From contig JAVLKG010000007.1 of assembly GCA_032128875.1 (NCBI GenBank), forward strand, positions 192,001 to 256,000: a DNA stretch of 64,000 bases, given 5' to 3'. This document shows, piece after piece, positions 39,381 through 50,021 of the stretch; position 1 is the first letter of the stretch; the number at the start of each line of letters is the position of its first letter. Both the position numbers and the translations under genes were made by a program. Below the pieces are notes generated by a model. That model was given only the letters and a program-made list of their open reading frames with translations, searched no databases and had not been told where the DNA came from. Origin of the DNA: Candidatus Melainabacteria bacterium 17Bon1m (GTDB lineage Bacteria > Cyanobacteriota > Vampirovibrionia > Obscuribacterales > Obscuribacteraceae).

Positions 39381-40598
39381 ATGGCTGAGCATGAACGCTA
39401 TGACGTCATTGTTGTTGGGATGGGCGCTGCTGGAAGCTCTGCTGTGTATCAGCTCGCGCGGCGTGGTTCGAAGGTGCTCGGCATTGATCAGTTTGAGCCG
39501 CCCCATACACTAGGTTCCACTCATGGCGAAACACGTATAACTCGCCAGGCAATCGGCGAGGGCGATCACTACACACCTCTTTCGTTGCGTTCGTATGAAA
39601 TTTTTCGCGAACTCGAAGAGCTCACCGGCGAGCATTTGCTTGATGTGACCGGCGGATTGATGATTTCCAGCCCTGGCGCTACTGGCGTCAACAATGTTTC
39701 CAATTTTTTTGAAACGACACTTGCAGCCGCGAAGAAGCATTCTATCCCGCATGAAGTATTGAACGTTGATCAGATGCGCCGGCGGTTTCCGCAGTTTCAT
39801 GTGCAGGATAACGAGATTGGTTATTACGAAGTTGAATCCGGCATACTCCGTCCAGAAGCCTGTGTTAGAGCCACTTTGTCTATGGCTGCAAAGCACGGTG
39901 CGACTTTGAAAGTAAACGAAAAAATGACGGAGTATAGGGAAGACGCTTCGGGCGTAATTGTGAAAACAGACAAAGGCGAATATCATGCAGATAAGCTCGC
40001 TTTGACTGTTGGTCCGTGGCTTCCGCAAATAGTTGGCGAGCAGCTCAAGGGGCGCTTCAAAGTCTATCGGCAGGTGCTTTTCTGGTTCGACATTAGCGAC
40101 AACTATGATCGTTTTAAACTCGGCAACTTTCCAATCTTCATTTGGGATGGGCAAGGAGAGCGAGATTCTATCTATGGTTTTCCCGCGGTGGACGGACAGG
40201 AAGGCGGCATAAAGATTGCGTCTGAAGAATATGTGGTGGAAGTGACACCGGAGACTGTAGATCGCTCTGTGTCGCAAGATGAAATCGACAAGATGTATGA
40301 AACGCAGATTGTGCCTTGTTTCCCGGGTGTCGGAAAAGAGTGCGTCAAGTCTGCCGTTTGCATGTACACGATGACTCCTGACTCTGGTTTTGTCATAGAT
40401 TTTATGCCTGGCTCGTCGCGCACAATTGTTTGCTCGCCTTGTTCTGGTCATGGGTTTAAACATTCGGCAGCCGTGGGAGAATGCGTTGCGGAGTTGGCTC
40501 GTGACGGAAAGACGACATTGAATATTGAACCTTTGAGAATTGATCGAAAAGCATTAGTTCCATCTACAATTGAGAACCCCGCGCGCTTCCCTGCTTAG
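39381..40598 (+). CDS. solA: N-methyl-L-tryptophan oxidase / monomeric sarcosine oxidase
   Basis: VVGMGAAG FAD motif, GSTHGETRITR, CMYTMTPD, CSGHGFKH. Confidence 0.88.
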   Translation: MAEHERYDVIVVGMGAAGSSAVYQLARRGSKVLGIDQFEPPHTLGSTHGETRITRQAIGEGDHYTPLSLRSYEIFRELEELTGEHLLDVTGGLMISSPGATGVNNVSNFFETTLAAAKKHSIPHEVLNVDQMRRRFPQFHVQDNEIGYYEVESGILRPEACVRATLSMAAKHGATLKVNEKMTEYREDASGVIVKTDKGEYHADKLALTVGPWLPQIVGEQLKGRFKVYRQVLFWFDISDNYDRFKLGNFPIFIWDGQGERDSIYGFPAVDGQEGGIKIASEEYVVEVTPETVDRSVSQDEIDKMYETQIVPCFPGVGKECVKSAVCMYTMTPDSGFVIDFMPGSSRTIVCSPCSGHGFKHSAAVGECVAELARDGKTTLNIEPLRIDRKALVPSTIENPARFPA

Positions 40599-40660
40599 GA
40601 CGCTGCAGGGAGCGACACCGTATAGAGCAGTTAAATCAGAAGTCAGCGGCCAAAAGTTCG

Positions 40661-40737
40661 GTCAAACGACACTCAAACGTCAGTCAAACGTCAGTCAAAC
40701 GTCAGTCAAACGTCAATCAAATGACAATCAAAAGTCA
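40661..40737. repeat. 11-bp tandem repeat (GTCAAACGTCA) x about 7
   Basis: Direct reading; three central units perfect, flanks degenerate. Confidence 0.85.
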
Positions 40738-40762
40738 GGAGTCAAATGTGTCAGAAGTTGCG

Positions 40763-41269
40763 ATGAAACCAGAAATACGAGTGATTGAAGAGGCTGATGC
40801 ACAGGACTTTTGGAATTTGCGTCTGCGCGGATTGAAGGAAGATGCGGAAGCGTTTGGTGCGAGCTACAACGACTCGGTAAATATGGCGATAGAAGATATT
40901 CGCAAACGTTTGGCACCCACTGAAGATGCTTTCGTTCTTGGTGCGTTCAATCCAAAACCTTGCGGCATGCTCGGTTTTTTTCGTCGAGTTGGCGAGCGTG
41001 CGCGTCACAAAGGTTTTATCTGGGGCGTCTATGTTGCTCCAGAAGGCAGAGGTTGTGGGCTCGCGCGCAGACTGATGAATGAATGCATAGAGCGCGCGAA
41101 AAAGATGGACGGGCTGGAGGAGGTCATTCTCACTGTCAGCACGACGCAAGACGTGGCGATGAAACTCTACGAATCGATGGGCTTCAAAGAATACGGTCAC
41201 GAAGTTCAAGCGCTCAAACAGGGCGATATCTACATCGACGAAAAGATGATGGGACTGCGCCTACTTTAG
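40763..41269 (+). CDS. GNAT family N-acetyltransferase
   Basis: LRLRGL...EAFG, HKGFIWGVYVAPEGRGCGLA, AMKLYESMGF. Confidence 0.88.
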   Translation: MKPEIRVIEEADAQDFWNLRLRGLKEDAEAFGASYNDSVNMAIEDIRKRLAPTEDAFVLGAFNPKPCGMLGFFRRVGERARHKGFIWGVYVAPEGRGCGLARRLMNECIERAKKMDGLEEVILTVSTTQDVAMKLYESMGFKEYGHEVQALKQGDIYIDEKMMGLRLL

Positions 41270-41845
41270 GGTGAGGGAGTCGATGATTTCGCTGAACGTC
41301 TTTTCGTAGTTGGAAAAGTTGTCGATGTAGGCTGCGCAAGAGACTATGTAGTATTTGCCGTTATTGGCGGCGAATGCTTTGAGCACTTTTGTCTGTTGGA
41401 CTTTGTGTTCTGAGCCAAATGAAAGCGGGATAGTTTGAACCAAAACGAGTCGTCGGGTGGGGGTTTTTCCTTCCTTTGAATGAACATCCGACTCGACCTT
41501 CCAGATGGCTCCCCACTGTTTTACCGCGGTATCAGATATGGTGTCAAGGGTGTGTCCGTCTGGAATGGGTCTCACGACTACTTTAACGTTCGGAATTGGA
41601 TTGGGACTCTTGAAACTTTCCAAGGGCGCCGCAACGAGGTTTACTATCGGGTCTTTCTGGGTTTTCCATCCTGCTGGAAATTCGAGGCTGTATCCGTTTT
41701 CTTCGTCGCTAAATTGCGTTTTGTCCTGGCTAACTTGAACATCCGCAGTTGTTTCTTCCGGTTTGTCTTTCGCTATTGCCTCTGTTGAAGCAGAACTGCA
41801 GATCAAACAGAAAAATAGCAAAGGTGCCAGAAAGTTGCTGTTCAT
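41261..41845 (-). CDS. Exported PsbP/DcrB-like protein
   Basis: Signal peptide, GYSLEFPAGW, PNVKVV, KYYIVSC, FSEIIDSL. Confidence 0.6.
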   Translation of the reverse strand: MNSNFLAPLLFFCLICSSASTEAIAKDKPEETTADVQVSQDKTQFSDEENGYSLEFPAGWKTQKDPIVNLVAAPLESFKSPNPIPNVKVVVRPIPDGHTLDTISDTAVKQWGAIWKVESDVHSKEGKTPTRRLVLVQTIPLSFGSEHKVQQTKVLKAFAANNGKYYIVSCAAYIDNFSNYEKTFSEIIDSLTLK

Positions 41846-42318
41846 GGCTAATTTCAAAACGCGGTCCTCGCGAAATCTGAGAGCGTGATCATGTGAATTG
41901 TGATTGTATCGCTTTGTTTGTTGGCTAGCTTGTGGCACTAGCTAGCGCAACAAAAGAGAGCTGCTGAAGAGCTTGTGTGATCGCCTGCTCATTTACAGTT
42001 ATTCTTTACAACCAGCTAAGAAACCGTGTGATTGCATCTTGGTGGCTCTTTGCAGCTTCTTTCTTCTGGAGTGAGTCTTAATACGCACGATAGGTATTTT
42101 TGACTCAGTTGAAAGCCTGAATCTAATCTCAGATCACTCCCGTTATTTCGCTCTTCTCAAACAGACACCTCTTCTAGATCATCATCCCGCTAAGTTCAGT
42201 CCCAAAGCCCAGCACCCTTCGGTGTTGGTCGTGGATCGTGCTTGGCGATTTGTCTGTTGGAGTTAGCGAAAGTCGGTTCAACTTTCCGCGACCACACTTG
42301 GTCAGAAGGAGAAACGAA

Positions 42319-43563
42319 ATGAGTCAACAACTCGCTGCTGGTGGCAACGCTCCGCTTCCTACGGAGAAGGTCACCGTCAAGTGCATCCACATGGGACCCG
42401 ACGCGGACCTCTCCGCGCTTCTGCTCACCGCCGCCGGCAAGGTTCGCTCTGATGCGGATTTCGTCTTCTATGGTCAGCCCGCGTCCACCTGTGGCTCGGT
42501 GACTTACCAGGACAAGAAGAAGACCGGCGACGCCACCGAGCAAGCCATCATCATCGACCTCTCGAAGGTGCCCGCCGCCATCGAGAAGCTTGCCATCACG
42601 CTGACCATCGATCCCGAGACGCCGAAGACATTCGCCGACCTCGGCGGCGCCGCTCTCTCTGTCTGCAATGCCGCCGGCACCTCGCTCGTCGAGATGGAGC
42701 CGAACGGCAACAAGGAGAACGCGTTCGTCATCGCCGAGATCTACAAGCGCAACGGCGCCTGGAAGGTTCGCAACTTCAACCAGGGCTTCCTCAACGGTCT
42801 GGCCGGCATCGCCACCGCATATGGTGTCGACGTCGGTGACAGCGCTCCTGCGCAAGCGGCTCCTGCTCCTGCTCCTGCGCCCGCTCCTGCTCCCGCACCG
42901 ACCCCCGCCCCGGCCCCGGTGAAGGCTGCTCCGCCGCCGCCTCCTCCCGCGCCTGCCGCCGCTCCGAAGGTAAACCTGACCAAGCCCGCACCGACCGGCA
43001 AGGTCAACCTGAAGAAGGGCAGCGCCATCAAGATCGAGAAGACCGCGACCATCGTTGCCACCGGCGAGTGGGGCAACAAGGGCTGGAAGAAGCTCGACTA
43101 TGACCTCTTCTGCCACATTGCGTACAAGGACGGCAAAACCGAAGTCGTCAACTTCGACAATCTCGTCAGCCGCAATGGCTCGGTGCGTCACCACGGCGAC
43201 CTCAAGGTAGGCGGCGTCGGCACCATCGAGAAGGTCTCCGTTAACATGACGGACGACATCGCGGCGGTCGGCTTCTCGTTCTACTCCGCGCGTGAGAATG
43301 GCACCGGCTCCTTCGCCGACGCCAAGGCGCGCGTGTCCATCGACAACGGCGCCGGCTCGACCATAACCATCGAGGTGGCGAACATGAGTGTCGACTCGAA
43401 TCGCTACACGCTCTACTTCGGCACTTGCATCAACAAGGACGAAGCGGCAGTCGAGATCGTGGCGCACGAGGACTACTCGGCGAAGCACTCGGAGAACCAG
43501 GCGGTTCTGTACAAGGACGGCACCCACAAGATGGACGCCGGCCGGGAGAACCGCACCAAGTAA
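42319..43563 (+). CDS. TerD-family protein: TerD domain + Pro/Ala linker + second Ter-like domain
   Basis: DADLSALLL..GKVRSDADFVFYGQP, AEIYKRNGAWK, QGFLNGLAGIATAYGVDV, (AP)n linker, RHHGD; AAGGAG RBS. Confidence 0.88.
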   Translation: MSQQLAAGGNAPLPTEKVTVKCIHMGPDADLSALLLTAAGKVRSDADFVFYGQPASTCGSVTYQDKKKTGDATEQAIIIDLSKVPAAIEKLAITLTIDPETPKTFADLGGAALSVCNAAGTSLVEMEPNGNKENAFVIAEIYKRNGAWKVRNFNQGFLNGLAGIATAYGVDVGDSAPAQAAPAPAPAPAPAPAPTPAPAPVKAAPPPPPPAPAAAPKVNLTKPAPTGKVNLKKGSAIKIEKTATIVATGEWGNKGWKKLDYDLFCHIAYKDGKTEVVNFDNLVSRNGSVRHHGDLKVGGVGTIEKVSVNMTDDIAAVGFSFYSARENGTGSFADAKARVSIDNGAGSTITIEVANMSVDSNRYTLYFGTCINKDEAAVEIVAHEDYSAKHSENQAVLYKDGTHKMDAGRENRTK

Positions 43564-43743
43564 GGGCGGAAGCTCTGCCGCCACAGGCGAAGTTAGGTAG
43601 AGCGAGCGCTATCGCTCTACCGACTTCAACTCCGCACTTGGCGCAAGGTGAATCCGGCAAACCGGCCGCCTGCGCCTAACGGGGGTAACAACGTATCGGA
43701 TACGCGATAGGCCTGCGAGGCATTGCGTATCCAGGAGAAAGCA

Positions 43744-44220
43744 ATGACTCAATTGGAAAAGGAAGCCCAGGCGCGTAATTGGGGTGCGCTGCCGCTCACC
43801 ACGGGCTTCTACATGACCGACATGATCCGCTCGGTGCTTCAGTTCGCCGACACCGACGAACGTTGCATCGCCATGTCCCGCGTGGTCGACCTGCTCGAAT
43901 CGGGCAGCACGGACGAGACGAAGTGGCGCTTCGCCATCAACGAGTTGCAGGGGCTCCTGACGGCGCATCCCGATGCGCATAAGGAGTCCGGCACCTGGTA
44001 CGACGGTGACTCGACCATCCTTGCCCTGGCAGTGGCGAAGGAGGCGGCGTGCCATGCGTTGTACATGCTCTTCCCGCGCTCGTATTATCGCGGAGAAGAG
44101 CGTGGCGCTGCTTACAAGGTGCTCAAGTACACCATCCGCGCGCTCATGCAAAAGCCGGAAACGGCTGTCGACGCGCTGAAGTGGGTGGAGCGCAGCATCA
44201 ATCTGATGCAGCGCTACTAA
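43744..44220 (+). CDS. Hypothetical helical protein
   Basis: AGGAG RBS, same C-ending codon bias as the upstream ter gene. Confidence 0.7.
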   Translation: MTQLEKEAQARNWGALPLTTGFYMTDMIRSVLQFADTDERCIAMSRVVDLLESGSTDETKWRFAINELQGLLTAHPDAHKESGTWYDGDSTILALAVAKEAACHALYMLFPRSYYRGEERGAAYKVLKYTIRALMQKPETAVDALKWVERSINLMQRY

Positions 44221-44260
44221 GCTCACGGCTGCACTTTCGCAGCTGGATTGAGGCTTGGGA

Positions 44261-44313
44261 AACAGCGGAGGAGCTCTTTAATAGGGGTTCTCTCGCTGTT
44301 TTCCTTTTTTTTT
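44261..44313 (+). terminator. Intrinsic terminator
   Basis: AAACAGCG..GAGCTC / GGGTTC..CGCTGTTT plus long T run. Confidence 0.65.
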
Positions 44314-44396
44314 GGGAGGTGCTAATACGTATAGTAAAGGTTGTTTTTCAATTCGGCAAGAAGTGTGATGGAAACACGATTTTCAGCTGAGCTGAT

Positions 44397-45932
44397 ATGA
44401 CTTATGCTGGAGAAATGCGAATCTATCTAACTTTTTTTATTGTTTCGCTTGTCTCCGGTCTTATCGTTGGAGGCACCGTTGAATTTTGGTCCGACAAAAT
44501 ACCTTCTGCCATGCTGGGAAAGGATGCAAGAAAGTTTTTAATCGACATGAATATAAATTTGTGCCGAAAACGTCTGCATTACGGTGACTACCTTGGGACA
44601 ATCAGAGCTTGCGAGGCTGTTTTAGACTTGGATTGCGATAATGTGATCGCTCTCTGCAATCGTGGACTTGCACTTTCTAACTTGAAACAATTCAACGGCG
44701 CGATGGATGACTTCAACCATTGCTTAGCTATCGCTCCAGATGATGCAATTGTTTGGAATGCGCGCGGCACCTTGTTCGCGAAAATGGATCGGACCAACGA
44801 GGCTGTAGGTGATTTTCGCCACGCAATTGCATGTGATCCCAAATATACGATCGCTCAGGTTAACATCCTGAAGTGGGAATTTGATAATAAAAAGATCTCG
44901 AGAGAAGAGGCTTTATCGCGTGTTAAGAAATTGGTTGAAGTCGATCCTGAATCTGATTTTGCCTGGTTTTATAGCGGGTGGCTAAAGTTTCTGGCCAAGG
45001 ATTATGCGAGTGCTGTTTCCGACTCGACAAGGGCGATTTCAATTGACGCTTCTGCTGATGTATATAGGGTACGAGCATATGCAAAATCTGCTAAAGGACA
45101 GCATTTTGAAGCGATAGAGGATTTAACGCAAAGTATTCGCCTGAATTCATGGAGCGCTTGCGCGTATAGTGATCGCGCGTATGAACGATCTCTTCTTAGA
45201 GACCAAGGGGGCGCGTTGCGAGATTACAGCACAGCCCTTTCTTTTGATCCAAAAGATGCTTGGGTCTGGAAATCGAGAGGGCGTAATCAGTTTGATACCG
45301 AATGTGCAATAAGGGACTTTACGATGGCCTTATCTCTCAAACCCAATGATTCTGAGATTTTAGAAGATCGAGGATATAGCTATCTTGGTTGTGGAAAGTA
45401 TTCTGAATCGATCTCTGATTTAAGTAAGGCAATTGAACTGAAGCCGAGTGGTTGGAGTTTTGCTTGGCGAGGAATGGCTTACAACGCACGCGGTCAACGA
45501 GATCAAGCGATTAAAGATTGCACCGAAGCAATTGGGCTCAATCCTGGCACACCAGCCCACTACATGAATCGCGCTATAGTTTATCTTGATTTGGGGAAGT
45601 ACGAGAAATCAGTCCAGGATCTTGATAAAGCAATTGAACTCAAGACTTCCGATGAAAGAGCTTATGATTTACGTGGATATGTGCGCAGGCAGATGGGCGA
45701 TGCGGCAGGAGCTTTTGCAGACTATAAGAAAGCACTTAGCCTTGAACCTCGTATGTTTTACCTACCTCGTCACCATGCTTGGGACAAAGGAAAGCCCTTG
45801 CAGTACGCTCAGGGTGTCTCTGATTATTTGATTGTTTCAATTACGAATCCCATGTGTTTCGTGAATACATTCGGTATTTTGATTGGGGATATGTACAATT
45901 CATTCAGAGCGGAGCGCGCTTCCGTCCCGTAG
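44397..45932 (+). CDS. Membrane-anchored TPR repeat protein
   Basis: Many NRG...A..DF..A TPR units. Confidence 0.88.
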   Translation: MTYAGEMRIYLTFFIVSLVSGLIVGGTVEFWSDKIPSAMLGKDARKFLIDMNINLCRKRLHYGDYLGTIRACEAVLDLDCDNVIALCNRGLALSNLKQFNGAMDDFNHCLAIAPDDAIVWNARGTLFAKMDRTNEAVGDFRHAIACDPKYTIAQVNILKWEFDNKKISREEALSRVKKLVEVDPESDFAWFYSGWLKFLAKDYASAVSDSTRAISIDASADVYRVRAYAKSAKGQHFEAIEDLTQSIRLNSWSACAYSDRAYERSLLRDQGGALRDYSTALSFDPKDAWVWKSRGRNQFDTECAIRDFTMALSLKPNDSEILEDRGYSYLGCGKYSESISDLSKAIELKPSGWSFAWRGMAYNARGQRDQAIKDCTEAIGLNPGTPAHYMNRAIVYLDLGKYEKSVQDLDKAIELKTSDERAYDLRGYVRRQMGDAAGAFADYKKALSLEPRMFYLPRHHAWDKGKPLQYAQGVSDYLIVSITNPMCFVNTFGILIGDMYNSFRAERASVP

Positions 45933-46168
45933 TTTCAACTATTTTTTTGAACGCGCTTTTGGTTTATTGCTAGACGGCCATACACAAAAAATACACAGAC
46001 TGTTCCGGTTTTGTTTCCAGACCAGCAATTATCGTGATTGCAGTCGACCGCTGAATGCGTTTCCTCAAACGCCGAAGAACGTTACAGCAATCGCCGAACA
46101 ACGTTGCACAAATCGCTGAACAACGCTGCAGCTGTCGCCCGTTTCTCCCCAAGCCCGGATTTACTAAT

Positions 46169-47074
46169 ATGCCCGACCTTATCGACACGATAGTGCAAGA
46201 CGCTATTGCTGCACAAAACAATACAGATAAAGGATCTGCTTTTCAGAAGATTCATGATGAAATCACCGAGTTGCAAAAACAGGGTGGTGGCGCAAATGGT
46301 GCGCAATTTCAAGCGGATCTGCGCACTCTCAATCAAAAATTGCATGAGAATGGCATCCTGGCAAACATGGAGATCAGAGGAATAGAAGAAGGTGATCCGC
46401 CAAGCGACAAGCTCTTTCAAAAACGGGACAGGATTATTTTGTCGGATGGACAGGTCAAAGGTGACCTGGTCAAAGACGAGTATTTGGCGGGTTCCAGATG
46501 GTTCTCGGAAGGTCAGCTCAGCCCCACACAAACAAACATTCTCAATCAATCTAAGGATGCAGTGGGGCAGCAAGTGTGGGCGACGCGCCACCCATCGCCT
46601 GGTTTAGCTGACAGTCCTGACCCACCGGGACCTCCGCATTATGGCGGTCCAGGCGGCTATGGATGCGCACCTTCAGTGTCTGAAATCCTGCGACGCTCTG
46701 GTGTTTTTTCACAAGACGAAGATCCGTTGAATGTTCAAAGCGTTCAAAACGTATTGCAAGACAATCATGGCTGGAAGCCGATTCCAGGCACATCTGGCGA
46801 GCCTGATCCAAATCTAAAACCTGCTGAGTTGAACTTACGTCCGGGCGATGTTATTTGCGGCTATCGCAAAGGAGATGATCCGACATTCAGTGGAGCCGGT
46901 GCACACGTCGGGATTGTCGGAGAGGATGGAAAAATTTACGGACACGGACTGACATTGGATCCTGCAAATCCTGGTCGAAAGCACGAAGAGTGGACGGCCA
47001 AGGACATCACCAACTGGACCACATTCGACTACGACGCGGGCATTGTTATATTGCGTGCACCGGACGCTCAGTAA
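46169..47074 (+). CDS. NlpC/P60 (CHAP-like) papain-fold amidase with helical N-terminal domain
   Basis: GCAPSVSEIL (Cys), RPGDVI, AHVGIVG (His). Confidence 0.7.
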   Translation: MPDLIDTIVQDAIAAQNNTDKGSAFQKIHDEITELQKQGGGANGAQFQADLRTLNQKLHENGILANMEIRGIEEGDPPSDKLFQKRDRIILSDGQVKGDLVKDEYLAGSRWFSEGQLSPTQTNILNQSKDAVGQQVWATRHPSPGLADSPDPPGPPHYGGPGGYGCAPSVSEILRRSGVFSQDEDPLNVQSVQNVLQDNHGWKPIPGTSGEPDPNLKPAELNLRPGDVICGYRKGDDPTFSGAGAHVGIVGEDGKIYGHGLTLDPANPGRKHEEWTAKDITNWTTFDYDAGIVILRAPDAQ

Positions 47075-47224
47075 AACGAGTTTTGGGAGAAAGAGGAGGA
47101 AAGGGGCTTTTGGTCCCTTTTCTTTTTGATTGAATTGCCTTCTTCTTTGTTTGGCATCACGTTTTTTGTTTGGATTTTCGTGCTGGAATTCGAGAAACTA
47201 AAAGATATAGTGGAAAATGGGGTT

Positions 47225-47278
47225 AAAAAGAAACCGCGCACAGCAAGCCTTGTTTAAGGGCTCCCCATGCGCGGTTTC
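47225..47278 (-). terminator. Terminator closing the ubiquitin-like operon
   Basis: GAAACCGCGCA/TGCGCGGTTTC stem with AAAAA on the + strand. Confidence 0.6.
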
Positions 47279-47354
47279 GAAATCTGATACGCCGGACGCA
47301 ACCAACCTAACCTTTGCTTTTGGCTTGGTTACGAAGGTCGCGTGCGGTTAGGCG

Positions 47355-49820
47355 TCAGTTCTTCTTCAGCGAAGCTGCGGCTCCGTTGTCTGCCGGTCCG
47401 TCCTTCTTGAGAGAGACGGTGGCGTCGCCTTTGCCTTCAGCGTTGCCTTCGCCGGCGGTTTCCACAGTGGCAACCTTTTCCAGCGACACCGGCTTGGCCA
47501 GCGAGATCTTCTCTTCCGGAGGATTTTCCGCAGAGAGCACGAGCGTGTTGCCATCGGCACCAACGTTGACCTTGGCGCCGTGCTTGACGGACCCGTCGAT
47601 GATCTTTTCGGCCATCGGGTCTTCGATGAGCGCACGAACGGCGCGCTTCATCGGACGTGCACCGAACTGCGGATCGTAACCCGCCTCCAGCAGCACAGCG
47701 CGAGCGGCATCGTCGGCGTCGAGCGTGATGCTCTTCTCGTTGAGCTTCTTCTCCAGTGCCTTCAGCTGCAGCTTCAGCACTTCGCGCAGCTCGTCCTTGG
47801 ACAGCTGACCGAAGCAAACGATTTCGTCCAGCCGGTTGAGGAATTCCGGGCGGAACATCAGCTTGACGATCGGCATCACCTCGTTGAGAAGGTCCTGGTG
47901 CGAGCAGTCGACGCCGAGCTTTTCGAGCAAGGCCATGATCTGCTGCGCGCCGATGTTCGACGTCATGATGATGATCGTGTTCTTGAAGCTGACCGTGCGA
48001 CCCTGACCGTCGGTCAAGCGACCGTCGTCCAGAACCTGCAGCAGCACGTTGAACACGTCGGGGTGCGCCTTCTCGATTTCGTCGAGCAAGATGACGCTGT
48101 AGGGCTTGCGCCGCACAGCTTCCGTCAGCGTGCCGCCTTCTTCGTAACCGACGTAGCCCGGAGGCGCGCCGATCATGCGCGAAACGCTGTGCTTCTCCAT
48201 GTATTCGCTCATGTCGAGACGAACGATGTTGCGCTCCTCGTCGAAGAGGAACGACTGGAGAGCCTTGGAGAGTTCGGTCTTGCCCACGCCGGTCGGGCCG
48301 AGGAACATGAAGCTGCCGATCGGAGTGTTCGGGTCTTTCAACCCTGCACGCGAACGACGCACCGCACGCGACACGGCGGAGATCGCCATGTGCTGGCCGA
48401 TGACGCGCTTGTGCAGCTCATCTTCCATCTTCGAGAGGCGGGCGGCTTCATCGATGGTCAGCTTGTCCAGCTTGATGCCGGTCATCTGGCTGATCTTTGC
48501 TTCGATGTGCTCCTTGCTGAGTTCGGTGCCCGGGAAGTCGATAGCAAGCGCGCTACCGGCTTCGTCGATGACGTCGATGGCCTTGTCGGGCAGGAAACGG
48601 TCGGTAATGTACCGGTCCGCCATGTGCGCTGCCGTGACCACCGCTTCGTCAGAGATGGTGATGGCGTGGTGATCTTCCAGCGACTTCTTGCGGCCGCGCA
48701 GAATCTCGATGGTGTCTTGCACGGACGAGGGGTCCACCGTCACCGGCTGGAAGCGACGCTCGAGAGCGCCGTCCTTTTCGATGTGGCGGTATTCGTCCAG
48801 CGTGGTGGCACCAATGGCGGTGATCTCTCCGCGGGCAAGTGCCGGCTTGAGCGTGTTGCTCGCGTCCATTGCACCCTGCGCAGCGCCGGCTCCGATCAGG
48901 GTATGCAGTTCATCGATAAAGATGATGCAATCCTTCGTTGCCTGGAGTTCGGCGAGAAGCTGCTTCATGCGCTCCTCGAACTCACCGCGGAATTTCGTAC
49001 CGGCGACAAGAGCGACCAGGTCAAGGCGCAAGATGCGCTTTCCCTTCAGGCTCTTGGGCACGCGATCGAATGCAATCTCAACGGCAAGCCCTTCGGCGAT
49101 GGCAGTTTTGCCGACGCCGGGCTCGCCGATGAACACCGGGTTGTTCTTGGTCTGACGACCGAGAATTTCGACAGCCCGGCGGATTTCCTTCTTGCGCCCG
49201 ATGATGGGCTGGATCTTGTTCTCGCGAGCCAGCTTCGTCAGGTCGACCGTCATCTGGTCGAGCATGGAAGTCATGGCGCCTTCGCCTTCGGGCAGACCGT
49301 TGACGTTAGTCTTCACGGCTGCATCGAGGAAAGACGTCAGATTCTTCAGACGCTGTTCGGGAGTGAGATTGCCGTCGACTTGAGCGCCGCCCGGCAAGAC
49401 GATCGGAGGCTGATTCCGGCGTTCGATCGTCAGGAACGCGGATTTGATTACTCGCTGACCATCCGGGTGTTTCACCAGTTGGTGCAGCAAGTGAGTGGGA
49501 GTCGTGCAAATGTGCTTGTTCTTTTCGGCGACTTCGCCGGCTTTCACAAGCATTTCTTGGGCGTCGCGCCCAACTTCTGGTGCTGCGACTGTCGTCGTTC
49601 CACCTCCGGCCTGCGGCGAACCAAAGAGGTTTCGCGCAGTGCGCTCCAGGATGTCGGCCGTGAGACCGGCTTCCAAAAGGAGCTTGTGACCCAGAGATGA
49701 ACTTTCAGCTGCCACAGCCACCACAAGACACGCTACGTTTACATCTTTGGTGCCGATCGCAGCAGCCTTGAGGCCGGCGAGCGTCAGCACTTTGTCGAGT
49801 GATTGCGAGTTTTGCGGCAT
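47355..49820 (-). CDS. Class I Clp/Hsp100 AAA+ ATPase (ClpA/B/C family) lacking a middle domain
   Basis: Clp-N repeats, [65 protein letters not shown]. Confidence 0.93.
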   Translation of the reverse strand: MPQNSQSLDKVLTLAGLKAAAIGTKDVNVACLVVAVAAESSSLGHKLLLEAGLTADILERTARNLFGSPQAGGGTTTVAAPEVGRDAQEMLVKAGEVAEKNKHICTTPTHLLHQLVKHPDGQRVIKSAFLTIERRNQPPIVLPGGAQVDGNLTPEQRLKNLTSFLDAAVKTNVNGLPEGEGAMTSMLDQMTVDLTKLARENKIQPIIGRKKEIRRAVEILGRQTKNNPVFIGEPGVGKTAIAEGLAVEIAFDRVPKSLKGKRILRLDLVALVAGTKFRGEFEERMKQLLAELQATKDCIIFIDELHTLIGAGAAQGAMDASNTLKPALARGEITAIGATTLDEYRHIEKDGALERRFQPVTVDPSSVQDTIEILRGRKKSLEDHHAITISDEAVVTAAHMADRYITDRFLPDKAIDVIDEAGSALAIDFPGTELSKEHIEAKISQMTGIKLDKLTIDEAARLSKMEDELHKRVIGQHMAISAVSRAVRRSRAGLKDPNTPIGSFMFLGPTGVGKTELSKALQSFLFDEERNIVRLDMSEYMEKHSVSRMIGAPPGYVGYEEGGTLTEAVRRKPYSVILLDEIEKAHPDVFNVLLQVLDDGRLTDGQGRTVSFKNTIIIMTSNIGAQQIMALLEKLGVDCSHQDLLNEVMPIVKLMFRPEFLNRLDEIVCFGQLSKDELREVLKLQLKALEKKLNEKSITLDADDAARAVLLEAGYDPQFGARPMKRAVRALIEDPMAEKIIDGSVKHGAKVNVGADGNTLVLSAENPPEEKISLAKPVSLEKVATVETAGEGNAEGKGDATVSLKKDGPADNGAAASLKKN

Positions 49821-49953
49821 GGTGTCCGTCCTCCGTTAGAGGATCACCTCGTTACTAAAGACCAGGTGAGCATATTGAGGGGATGAGTTGTGAGACAAAA
49901 GAGGTCAACACAAGTCACCAGGGCGAGACACCGAGGCAACTTTGTCCGAGTGA

Positions 49954-49991
49954 CGCAGACCGGTCCGGTGTGGACCCTTGACCGGTCTGCG
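49954..49991. other. Intergenic hairpin without U-tail between E1 and Clp
   Basis: CGCAGACCGGTC/GACCGGTCTGCG 12-bp stem. Confidence 0.6.
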
Positions 49992-50021
49992 ATTTAGCCA
50001 TTTCGGCGCAGGTTTCGACGG

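Noticed and set aside
42844-42966. GC-rich low-complexity repeat
   Set aside because: Ordinary Pro/Ala linker within the TerD protein.
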